IMG/VR virus record: IMGVR_UViG_3300045988_038517
Span: 1 to 38,470 of that record
Reading direction: 5' to 3' (one strand)
Length of the DNA stretch: 38,470 bases
Source of the DNA: a virus
The notes beneath the pieces are model-generated. The model was not told the DNA's origin. It worked only from the letters and a program-made list of their open reading frames with translations, and did no database searches. Made by a program: the position numbers and the translations under genes. This document shows, in pieces, positions 22,693-29,573 of this stretch. Position 1 is the stretch's first letter. Every line of letters begins with the position of its first letter.

Positions 22693-23106
22693 TTACGAGC
22701 GGTTCTCTTCTGAAATTATCTTGAGTTCTTTTACCTCTTCGGGTGAAAAAGTCAAAACCGCTCCGCTGGAATCATACTCGCCGTCTTTCCAATCCTCTGC
22801 AAACTTGTCAAAGTTGTCTTTGTACTGAGTAAATGGATTGGACTGTTCTGCAAAGTAGATTCCCTGCATCATGGCGTCATCGTCAACGAGGTTCCAGTCG
22901 TACAGATGATAGCTTTCATGGTTGTCATACTCCCACAGCGAAAGGAGAACGGTCAGTCCATCGAATTTCTCATATGCCTTCTGGATGTTTTCGAGGTCGA
23001 AATCCGACATTCCTTGGTCTTTGAATTTCTCCCGAAACTCTTTAATGCTTTTTCCGCCTGTTTTCAGTCTACACAGGACAATTTTGGGCCGATATCCCAT
23101 TTTCAT
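22693..23106 (-). CDS. Hypothetical acidic protein (AT-rich gene)
   Basis: 137 aa with an AGGGAGAA RBS. Asp/Glu/aromatic-rich (..DWNLVDDDAMMQGIYFAEQSNPFTQYKDNFDKFAEDWKDGEYDSSG..). Visibly lower in GC than the flanking genes. Confidence 0.6.
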   Translation of the reverse strand: MKMGYRPKIVLCRLKTGGKSIKEFREKFKDQGMSDFDLENIQKAYEKFDGLTVLLSLWEYDNHESYHLYDWNLVDDDAMMQGIYFAEQSNPFTQYKDNFDKFAEDWKDGEYDSSGAVLTFSPEEVKELKIISEENRS

Positions 23107-23581
23107 TTCTCCCTTCAGAATGGAAAATCGTCATCATCCGAGATGACGGAAAATCGTCCGGGGCACCCTGAGACGCCTGAGGTGCGCTGTGAGAGGCATT
23201 TGCCTGCTGGGCATAACTTTGCGTCTGCTGCTCGTAGGACGCGGCAGTGGACTTCTCTGCCGCCTTGGGTCCTGCGAAGCTGATATGGTTAGCCAGAACC
23301 TCCACCGCCGTGCGGTTGCTGCCCTGCTTGTCCTGATACTGCCGGGTCTGCAAGCTGCCCTCAATGGCGATCATGCTGCCCTTCTGGAAATACTTGCTGA
23401 CGAACTCCGCCGACTGCCTCCAGGCGACGACGTCAATGAAATCGGCCTTCCGCTCCTGGCCATTCGGGGTATAGCTGCGGTCGCAGGCAATGCGGAAGCT
23501 GCACACGCTGGTTCCCTGCTGGGTGGTCTTGAGTTCCGGGTCGTGGACCAGACTGCCCATAATTGCGACGATGTTAAGCAT
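23069..23581 (-). CDS. ssb: Single-stranded DNA-binding protein (zero-frame ORF; canonical C-terminal tip lies in the -1 frame)
   Basis: MLNIVAIMGSLVHDPELKTTQQGTSVCSFRIACDRSY...DFIDVVAWRQSAEF is a classic OB-fold SSB N-terminus. The ATG overlaps the recT stop. The zero frame ends ..APDDFPSSRMMTIFHSEGRNENGISAQNCPV, whereas DDDDFPF-TGA (stop at 23115-23117) is in the -1 frame. Confidence 0.85.
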   Translation of the reverse strand: MLNIVAIMGSLVHDPELKTTQQGTSVCSFRIACDRSYTPNGQERKADFIDVVAWRQSAEFVSKYFQKGSMIAIEGSLQTRQYQDKQGSNRTAVEVLANHISFAGPKAAEKSTAASYEQQTQSYAQQANASHSAPQASQGAPDDFPSSRMMTIFHSEGRNENGISAQNCPV

Positions 23582-24266
23582 TGGGCAGGCCCCCCTCCTC
23601 GTCGCTGTCGCCAGCACCGGCCTCGTAGTCTACGTTTGCGCCCATGAGCACTTCCGGGCATTCTGCGCGGGCAAAATAAGCGGCAGCGCGGTATTTGAGC
23701 ATCATTTCGGTCATACGCGGCCAATAACTGCCCTTTTTGTCCCACCAGCCCAGGTCGTGCGCCATCTGGACCGTGACTTTTGGACCAATGACCTTCTCGC
23801 CGGTGAGCTTGTCCACGCCGATCAGGCGACAGCCCCAGGACGGCGTTCCCTCTTCGCCCTCCATGCGGTAACGGGTACGGCCCACAAACTCGCCGCTGTT
23901 GTCGATCAGGGCCTTGCAGCTCTTGCCGCTCCACGTCGGCTGGCCGTAAACGACATACAGATTCTGCATAACAAAAAGCTCGGAGACGTTCATCCGCTGG
24001 GCCATATCGCAGGCAATGGCGCAGGCACCGACATTCCCGGCGTAGGACTGCGGGAGCATCCCGTCGGGCAGATTTGCCATTGCGACGGCCTTGGATTTTG
24101 CCAGCGTCCAGATGCGCTCATTGGCGGTCAAGCCCTGGACTTTTTCTGCATAGGTCAGCTGCCGGTTGGCCGGAGCAGCAGGGACTGGAACTTCCGGAAC
24201 GGCTGCGGGGGCAGCGTCCATCTGAAGCTGTTCGACAGGGGTCTTCTTGATTTCGTTTTCAGGCAT
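23574..24266 (-). CDS. recT: RecT-family single-strand annealing recombinase
   Basis: 230 aa starting at MPENEIKK, with GGAGG 9 nt upstream. ..ELFVMQNLYVVYGQPTWSGKSCKALI.. and ..MLKYRAAAYFARAECPEVLMG.. fit the RecT pattern. It lies adjacent to ssb. Confidence 0.7.
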   Translation of the reverse strand: MPENEIKKTPVEQLQMDAAPAAVPEVPVPAAPANRQLTYAEKVQGLTANERIWTLAKSKAVAMANLPDGMLPQSYAGNVGACAIACDMAQRMNVSELFVMQNLYVVYGQPTWSGKSCKALIDNSGEFVGRTRYRMEGEEGTPSWGCRLIGVDKLTGEKVIGPKVTVQMAHDLGWWDKKGSYWPRMTEMMLKYRAAAYFARAECPEVLMGANVDYEAGAGDSDEEGGLPNA

Positions 24267-24897
24267 GGTGGATTTCCTCCTCAGTGAATTTGATCTCAAC
24301 AATATTTGCATACCGCTCGATTGCGGCAAGCTCGGCTTTTGTGCAGTGGAACACAAGCTTCCGGTCGCGGGGCTCTTCCTTCTGGAGGAAGCCATCGAAT
24401 AGATCATCGTAGAACGCATCCCGGAAATCGTTCTCCGGCGGGGTCTGGTAAACAGCAACGCCGGGCCTGACCAGTTTGACGCAGATCTGCGGCGGGTTTT
24501 GCGCCGAGCCTTTGTAGTTGTCCGGCATCCCCTTGATGACCGCCTCCCGAAGCATGGTGCGATACTCCGTCATATAGCAGTAGTCGATGGAGTTGTACGG
24601 CTCCGGCATGATGGGTTCACCGGAGGCTGCGTGGATGATGTCAATCAGGCACAGAAGCCTGCCCACGCGGCGGTAGATCGAGTTGATCGTATCCCGCGTG
24701 ATCTTGCTGCCCAGTTTGCCATTTCTGGCGAAATTCGTGAACAATGCAACAGCAGCATTGACATCGCTGGTCAGCTCGTTGCCGGTGCTGATGAGCCGGA
24801 ACAGTACATTGTCCCGACCGACGTACTGAAAAATACCCTCGGCCTTGTTGGACAGGTCTTTGACCTGGGCGCGCCTTGCGGCGAAATCGGTCTTCAT
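24259..24897 (-). CDS. Hypothetical protein upstream of recT
   Basis: 212 aa starting at MKTDFAARRAQV, with a GGAGGTGA RBS. No nuclease motif recognised. Confidence 0.6.
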   Translation of the reverse strand: MKTDFAARRAQVKDLSNKAEGIFQYVGRDNVLFRLISTGNELTSDVNAAVALFTNFARNGKLGSKITRDTINSIYRRVGRLLCLIDIIHAASGEPIMPEPYNSIDYCYMTEYRTMLREAVIKGMPDNYKGSAQNPPQICVKLVRPGVAVYQTPPENDFRDAFYDDLFDGFLQKEEPRDRKLVFHCTKAELAAIERYANIVEIKFTEEEIHHA

Positions 24898-24904
24898 TGT
24901 GTGC

Positions 24905-25078
24905 TCACCTCCGATACGCCAAAACGCCGACGTTATCATAGACCTCGTACAGATCACCGGGCTGGCCTTTGGCCAGGTCGTCGGCCATCCGGACCATTTC
25001 CTGTGTGGTTTCGCCGTAGCGCATCGTGCGGAACGCTGGCGGGTTCTTCTGCCCGTCGAAGATCATCAAAATTGCCAT
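24905..25078 (-). CDS. Hypothetical small protein
   Basis: 57 aa from the ATG at 25078. GGAGG lies 14 nt upstream, which is a long spacing. The stop is embedded in the next gene's RBS. Confidence 0.4.
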   Translation of the reverse strand: MAILMIFDGQKNPPAFRTMRYGETTQEMVRMADDLAKGQPGDLYEVYDNVGVLAYRR

Positions 25079-25183
25079 TTTGCTTGTCAAAACCTCCAAA
25101 GTATGTTATTCTTCGGGGTGATGGGAATTGTCAAAACCATCACCTCTGGAGCTCGTCGGTGTTGCTGCGCCGGAGGGCTCTTT

Positions 25184-25372
25184 TCAGTTGATGTCATCGG
25201 CATCTTCAATCGCAGTCTGAAGCTCAATGGTGAACAGGTCAAAATCCTCGGCCATCGTCTCCCACTTTGAAGCTTCCGCTGCTGTAGCGGAAAACGAAGC
25301 TCGCTTCCGAGCTTTTCGGGAACAGTTCTGATACTGACGGATGAGTGACCTGATATTCTCTTCCAGTGTCAT
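25184..25372 (-). CDS. Hypothetical small protein
   Basis: 62 aa starting at MTLEENIRSL. GGAGGA RBS. ATGA overlap with the upstream membrane protein gene. Confidence 0.45.
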   Translation of the reverse strand: MTLEENIRSLIRQYQNCSRKARKRASFSATAAEASKWETMAEDFDLFTIELQTAIEDADDIN

Positions 25373-25698
25373 GCGCTGTGTTCCTCCTTCCGGTCCTGCC
25401 GGCAATCCGGCTCATGGGTGCGGGCGTGGGTGCGGTCGATGCGGCCATAGGGGCTGTTCCGCTTGTATTGCCGGTTCTCGCGGCGCAGCTCGTACAGGCT
25501 GAATGCAAGCCCTGCCGCCGTGCAAAGCACAGCCCACAGCACCAGCGGGGCGCGGGCAGCGGCGGCACCGTAGGCGTAGCCGCCCCAGACCATCAGCAGC
25601 AGGGTGATGCCCGCTTCAGCCAGATCCAGCGCTTTCATGCCCAGCAGAAAGCCGCACATCGCGAAACCGGCAAGGGTAATGGTGTTGAGTCGTTTCAT
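25369..25698 (-). CDS. Small integral membrane protein (about 3 TM helices)
   Basis: 109 aa with hydrophobic segments ITLAGFAMCGFLLG, GITLLLMVWGGYAY and LVLWAVLCTAAGLAFSLY. ATGA overlaps occur at both ends. Confidence 0.55.
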   Translation of the reverse strand: MKRLNTITLAGFAMCGFLLGMKALDLAEAGITLLLMVWGGYAYGAAAARAPLVLWAVLCTAAGLAFSLYELRRENRQYKRNSPYGRIDRTHARTHEPDCRQDRKEEHSA

Positions 25699-25916
25699 AA
25701 TCCGTATACCACCTCCAACTTATAAAATTCTTTTAGCCATGCGATAAAGCCTGCGCTAGAAATCAGCGGCGCGGCGGTCCTGGTGCCCACAGACGGAACA
25801 GCCCACCCAGGAAACGCCCCCGCCTGAATCATTTTCATAAGCGTAGATTCGCTTATGGGAATTTGGTTTGCGCGCATCAGCTCGCAACAATCGTGAATGC
25901 TCATTGTGGGACGCAT
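25695..25916 (-). CDS. Small HTH DNA-binding protein (excisionase/MerR-like fold guess)
   Basis: 73 aa starting at MRPTMSIHDCCELMRANQIPISESTLMKMIQAG. GAGGAGGA lies 6 nt upstream. The longer ORF-track form is an Arg-rich upstream extension. Confidence 0.5.
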   Translation of the reverse strand: MRPTMSIHDCCELMRANQIPISESTLMKMIQAGAFPGWAVPSVGTRTAAPLISSAGFIAWLKEFYKLEVVYGL

Positions 25917-25939
25917 GGCGCATCCTCCTCTCTTTTGAC

Positions 25940-26116
25940 TTATATCTCCACTCTTCTGTACTTGCCTCTGTCGCCAAATTTGTGGACGCTGTGGCTGATG
26001 GCGGAGGGCGTGACGCCCCGCAGCTTTGCAAGGGCTCTCAGGCTGGCTGCCACGGCTACAGGCAGTTCGTACTTGTCCGGCGTGACTTCCATCCAGATGT
26101 AGCGCGTCACCTTCAC
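25940..26116 (-). CDS. Hypothetical small protein (below the ORF-track cutoff)
   Basis: ..TRYIWMEVTPDKYELPVAVAASLRALAKLRGVTPSAISHSVHKFGDRGKYRRVEI. GTG starts at 26116 or 26110 follow GAGGAGG. The second half is HTH-like. Confidence 0.4.
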   Translation of the reverse strand: MKVTRYIWMEVTPDKYELPVAVAASLRALAKLRGVTPSAISHSVHKFGDRGKYRRVEI

Positions 26117-26733
26117 GCCTCCTCAAACTCTCCATTTTTGAGCGTATACCAGACATTTTCATTAATTGCAGTTCCATCGACCTTTGCAATCTTAGCCCAC
26201 AAAAGCTTTCCGCCATCGTCATACTCGGTCAAAACCAGATAGCAGCCAAGCACACCACGCGCCTTGCTATGAGCGCCGTTTGCAATTGCAAGGCTGTTTT
26301 TTCCTTCTACTTGTGCGATGCAATAGCCGCCTGTGGCTGTGGCGCTGCTGGAATAGCCGGACGTGGCCGCGCTGCTGTAATCGCCGGACGTCTTTTTCTT
26401 TGCACGGTTCATTGCCAGCTCAAAAGTTGTTTGCACAGACAATCGAATAAATTTCGCCAAACTAAGCTCGCCGGTAACCTTTAGCTCTGTGCATGCGAGC
26501 TTGCTATCGTTTTCTCCCTTGTTGATAGCTCCGTTGCACTCGACCTCGAAGAATCGGTTCTTGCCGTCTGGGCGGTAGTATTGGAACACGTCCAGAGGGT
26601 TTTCGCATGCGTGCATACCGGAGATACAGCAGATGGCCTTGTCCTCGGTGTAGGTCTTTCCAATCTCGTACTGCTTGCCACGGCAGCACATATTCTCGTC
26701 CATGCCCTTGTAGGCGATAATTTTGTCACTCAT
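26113..26733 (-). CDS. Conserved phage protein of unknown function (Cys-rich N-terminal module)
   Basis: 206 aa with an AAGGAGGA RBS. The N-terminal AYKGMDENMCCRGKQYEIGKTYTEDKAICCISGMHACENPLDVFQYY pattern recurs in many phage proteins I recognise, but I cannot name the family with certainty. Confidence 0.6.
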   Translation of the reverse strand: MSDKIIAYKGMDENMCCRGKQYEIGKTYTEDKAICCISGMHACENPLDVFQYYRPDGKNRFFEVECNGAINKGENDSKLACTELKVTGELSLAKFIRLSVQTTFELAMNRAKKKTSGDYSSAATSGYSSSATATGGYCIAQVEGKNSLAIANGAHSKARGVLGCYLVLTEYDDGGKLLWAKIAKVDGTAINENVWYTLKNGEFEEA

Positions 26734-26766
26734 TGGGATCCTCCTTAACGACCCATGCGGTCAGTG

Positions 26767-27480
26767 TCATTTTGCGCACCCCATCTCAAACAGGCTGGTC
26801 TGTCCGTTGGTCTGCTGGATCAGCATCACGGTGTTGGTGCTGGGCTTCCAGCGCTGAATGTACTCCACAGCCTCGTCAAAGCGCTTGCGGGGGATGTTGC
26901 CCACGCTGTTTACCCGGAACCAGTCCTGCACATCGTGGTTGCACTCGCTGTACACCTTGCTGCGCACATGGTTGTCGATGTAGGCCGGGGCATTTTCATT
27001 GCCAAGGGCGCAGATCACCGACCGGCTGATGCTCTTGCGCAGCACACGCTGCTGGTTGTAATCCACCGTCATGGTATTCTCCAGCGCCGTGAGCCGCTGC
27101 TCCTGCCTCTGGGTGCGGTCGTCCAGCAGGAACAGCGCCTGCATCTCCTTGCTGAGCTTGGGCATCTGCGGAGTACTCAGCTTCTTCTCCATCTCGTTGA
27201 ACGCCTGGATGTACTTCAGCTTCCACTCCAGCGCCGCCTTGCCGGTAAAGCCCATCACCAGCAGGCTGAAACCGTCCCGGTTCATCAGGTACATGGGGTA
27301 CTGTTTGCCGCGGTTCTCAAACGTTGTCTCGTAGAACATGGATTTGGCGGCGCAATTTTGTGCCGCCAGTTCTTCGATAGAACGCAAAACCGTTTTGTGT
27401 TCCTTGCCGAAACTCTCGGCGATCTGGCGGCTGGATGCCACCGGCTCTCCGTTCTGGGTGAATAAGATAATGTCGTTCAT
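26767..27480 (-). CDS. Rha-family phage regulatory protein with an ORF6C-like C-terminal domain (antirepressor-type)
   Basis: N-terminal ..GEPVASSRQIAESFGKEHKTVLRSIEEL...FENRGKQYPMYLMNRDGFSLLVMGFTGKAALEWKLKYIQAFNEME is the Rha signature. ATGA overlap with the cro-like gene. Confidence 0.8.
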   Translation of the reverse strand: MNDIILFTQNGEPVASSRQIAESFGKEHKTVLRSIEELAAQNCAAKSMFYETTFENRGKQYPMYLMNRDGFSLLVMGFTGKAALEWKLKYIQAFNEMEKKLSTPQMPKLSKEMQALFLLDDRTQRQEQRLTALENTMTVDYNQQRVLRKSISRSVICALGNENAPAYIDNHVRSKVYSECNHDVQDWFRVNSVGNIPRKRFDEAVEYIQRWKPSTNTVMLIQQTNGQTSLFEMGCAK

Positions 27481-27680
27481 GCTGTTTTGTTCTCCTTTTC
27501 CTTAATCAGTTCGCTGACTGCGGCTTCCATCTTCTCGCGGATGCCGCGCGGCTTGCGCTTGCTGTTCAGGATCAGCGAGCAATAGCTCTTTGTCCATCCC
27601 AGACGTTCCGCAAGCTGTTCCAGCGTGACTTCGTTGTTGTGCATTCTGCCGATCAATCGACCAGTCCACGGTTCAGGCAC
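27477..27680 (-). CDS. Cro-like small HTH regulator, first early gene
   Basis: 67 aa. GTG start 7 nt after GGGAGG. ..VTLEQLAERLGWTKSYCSLILNSKRKP.. is an HTH. It is divergent from the cI-like gene. Confidence 0.6.
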   Translation of the reverse strand: MPEPWTGRLIGRMHNNEVTLEQLAERLGWTKSYCSLILNSKRKPRGIREKMEAAVSELIKEKENKTA

Positions 27681-27710
27681 TCTTTCACCTCCCTGTTATG
27701 TGTTAATGAA

Positions 27711-27739
27711 TTGACAACGGCGCACCGATTTGCTATACT
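27711..27739 (+). promoter_or_regulatory. Sigma70-type promoter TTGACA-17-TATACT firing rightward (away from cro)
   Basis: Exact -35 consensus, 17-nt spacer, 5/6 match at -10. It overlaps a weaker minus-strand TTTAAC-17-TATAGC that could serve cro. Confidence 0.55.
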
Positions 27740-27745
27740 GTTTTA

Positions 27746-28054
27746 CGGCTCCTAGTTAAACTGATTCAAAAGGACGGTGATTTCATTGACCCAACTTTTG
27801 AGCCAGCCAGTTCCAGACACGAGCAAGTGCGTGAAGCGCTAGGGCTTACAAGGCGGCGCCGACCCGCCAAAGGAAGCGGCGCACCCATAGCCCTGCAAGT
27901 TGTTTTTGCAGCCCAGACGTTACTTTTGCGGCATACATGACCGAAAAAGACGTGCAAACGCGCATGTTTGCATTACCGCCGGGGTGCAAGTGCGTTCTGG
28001 TGACAAATCGGTGAAAAGTCTGTCTGTGAAACAACCGCAGGCAGATTTTTTCTT
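27746..28054 (+). ncRNA. Candidate ~300-nt structured RNA, antisense to the early-operon leader
   Basis: Bounded by the promoter at 27711-27739 and the terminator at 28019-28054. No ORF has an RBS. Several GC-rich helices and hairpins are present (27842-27893, 27893-27911, 27953-27972). Confidence 0.4.
28019..28054 (+). terminator. Intrinsic terminator
   Basis: 8-bp stem TCTGTCTG/CAGGCAGA (one G-U pair), 11-nt loop, then TTTTTTCTT. Confidence 0.6.
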
Positions 28055-28073
28055 ATCGCCGTGTCAAAAGTAG

Positions 28074-28102
28074 TTGAAAAAGTTTACAAAACGTGCTATT
28101 AT
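28074..28102 (+). promoter_or_regulatory. Sigma70-type promoter TTGAAA-17-TATTAT upstream of the cI-like gene
   Basis: 5/6 match at -35, 17-nt spacer and 5/6 match at -10. It lies face to face with the minus-strand consensus promoter at 28189-28217. Confidence 0.5.
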
Positions 28103-28188
28103 TGTGTTGCAGACACATAGTATAGATAGCTTGGGCGGGATAGCCGCCGGGGCTTTGTGTTTTGTTAGCTTTTTTAACTTACAAGAGC

Positions 28189-28217
28189 ATTATACAGCTA
28201 GCAAAGTTAGCTGTCAA
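28189..28217 (-). promoter_or_regulatory. Consensus sigma70 promoter TTGACA-17-TATAAT, probable early lytic promoter
   Basis: Minus strand aaaaacgTTGACAgctaactttgctagctgTATAATgct, perfect at both hexamers and in spacing. It sits about 60 bp from the cI-like start and points toward cro. Confidence 0.65.
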
Positions 28218-28238
28218 CGTTTTTTACTAACTTTGCTA
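28199..28238. promoter_or_regulatory. Operator-like 12-bp inverted repeat TAGCAAAGTTAG / CTAACTTTGCTA
   Basis: Arms at 28199-28210 (inside the promoter spacer) and 28227-28238 (just upstream of the -35), 16 nt apart. Confidence 0.5.
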
Positions 28239-28274
28239 ACATTTGTAAGGATGCACGAAAAAGGAGTTTCTTTT

Positions 28275-28628
28275 ATGAGCACTTTTTACGACAACTATAT
28301 TAAGCTGTGTGCATCTTGTGGCAAAAAACCAACTACGGTGTCAAAAGAAATCGGGCTTTCAAATGCTGCGGCAACTGGGTGGAAGAATGGAAAAACCCCA
28401 TCTGCCATAACCAAGCAAAGACTGGCTGATTATTTTGGGATCTCTGTTTCCGAACTTACCGGCGAAGAGCAAAAAGAAAAGCCCAGCACCCCGGAGGATG
28501 CTGAGCGTGAATCGCACGGGCAGGCTATATTAGATAAGTATAATATGCTTGACCCGGCAACACAGGCCATGTTTGAAAAAATGCTCGATGCCGCGCTTGA
28601 GGCGGCAAAAGGGAAAGAAAATGGTTGA
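28275..28628 (+). CDS. cI-like repressor, XRE-family HTH
   Basis: 117 aa starting at MSTFYDNYIKLCASCGKKPTTVSKEIGLSNAAATGWKNGKTPSAITKQRLADYFGISVSEL (HTH_3 pattern). AAAGGAG RBS. The ORF-track 184-aa form has no RBS. Confidence 0.8.
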   Translation: MSTFYDNYIKLCASCGKKPTTVSKEIGLSNAAATGWKNGKTPSAITKQRLADYFGISVSELTGEEQKEKPSTPEDAERESHGQAILDKYNMLDPATQAMFEKMLDAALEAAKGKENG

Positions 28629-29022
28629 TCTTGAACAAGAAGAAGATGCTCTGCGTTATCTTTTGGAAAATTATGAGCGAACACCTGAAATTCCAGACGT
28701 TCCATTTTCCGTTTTTAAGGAGCGGTATGGGAGATACGCAGATGTCGTTACAGATTTATTGATGTCAGATGAGCTGATTGAGGTCAAGCGCAAGGTACAA
28801 AAACTGGATGAGCGCCATTCTACAGTGGTCAATTGTCTGATTCCGACAGCCAAAGGAAGAACATATTTCTTGAAGCAGCAGCGAGAAGCCCGGATTTCAC
28901 GAAAACAGTTCATCCAGAGTGCCGTAATAGCGGTGATATCAGCTATAATTTCTTCTCTTTTGACGCTTCTTGCATCTCATAAGAGTGAAAGTTCATCTGA
29001 ATTTATGAGTTCGAGTTCATAA
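28621..29022 (+). CDS. Hypothetical protein with a C-terminal TM anchor, co-transcribed with the repressor
   Basis: 133 aa. The ATG overlaps the repressor stop. TM segment AVIAVISAIISSLLTLLA. AT-rich gene. Candidate lysogen-expressed cargo. Confidence 0.5.
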   Translation: MVDLEQEEDALRYLLENYERTPEIPDVPFSVFKERYGRYADVVTDLLMSDELIEVKRKVQKLDERHSTVVNCLIPTAKGRTYFLKQQREARISRKQFIQSAVIAVISAIISSLLTLLASHKSESSSEFMSSSS

Positions 29023-29363
29023 TTTTTTGCGTTTATCTTTTTGATAAAGATTGTCCGATAGAATTCCAGCTTCTTTTCCTCGATTGCTTCCGTGTCAATG
29101 CAAACGATTTTTTCGTCATTCCCTCTTACCCTGAAAAGCTTTCGAGGGCAAAGCTCGCATATATCGGCTAATGTTACGCCGGTATAGACGTTCACGATTT
29201 TGAAGGGATTGTTTTGATCCGGAGTGGCCATGGGTGGTGGTTCAATTGTAACTTTTCTTTTGAACAGGCGAAAATCGTTCAGATCCAGAAACTCCCATGT
29301 CAAAATCGAAGTGATGAAAATGACCGCAAGGAGTATCAGGCCGAGCAGGACATTGTTAAGCAT
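28977..29363 (-). CDS. Hypothetical protein with an N-terminal TM anchor
   Basis: 128 aa (MLNNVLLGLILLAVIFITSILTW...). AT-rich. The 3' end overlaps the convergent gene 28621-29022 by 46 bp. The start overlaps the stop of an upstream micro-ORF. Confidence 0.5.
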   Translation of the reverse strand: MLNNVLLGLILLAVIFITSILTWEFLDLNDFRLFKRKVTIEPPPMATPDQNNPFKIVNVYTGVTLADICELCPRKLFRVRGNDEKIVCIDTEAIEEKKLEFYRTIFIKKINAKNYELELINSDELSLL

Positions 29364-29484
29364 TCTTTTTAGCCTCCTTCAAAAGCTTGTCCACGTCGAT
29401 ACCAAGGGAAAGTGCAAGCTTGATTTTCTCAAGTATAACACACTCCGGCGTTGATTTCATCAATTTTGTGCTAGTATCTTGCAC
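29356..29484 (-). CDS. 42-aa micro-ORF resembling the C-terminal half of an XRE HTH
   Basis: GTG start 7 nt after GGGGGA (alternative ATG at 29460). ..CVILEKIKLALSLGIDVDKLLKEAKKNA. The stop overlaps the next ATG. Confidence 0.35.
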   Translation of the reverse strand: MQDTSTKLMKSTPECVILEKIKLALSLGIDVDKLLKEAKKNA

Positions 29485-29573
29485 TTTATTTTCCCCCTTT
29501 GGCTAGTTCATTGATAATTTAGTTTTTCGGCGGCTGGTTGGCTGCCTGTTTTTGTATGTGTGAGGTGCTTATT

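Noticed and set aside
27937-28011. 24-aa plus-strand ORF (MTEKDVQTRMFALPPGCKCVLVTNR), plus the 62-63-aa minus-strand ORFs at 27766-28034, as coding explanations for the long cI/cro gap
   Set aside because: None has an RBS at a usable distance. The compositions are Cys/Arg/Gly-rich, and the ORFs overlap strong RNA hairpins.
28074-28274. 184-aa form of the cI-like repressor
   Set aside because: The upstream TTG start lies inside a promoter -35 element with no RBS. The ATG at 28275 has AAAGGAG and yields a standard-length XRE repressor.
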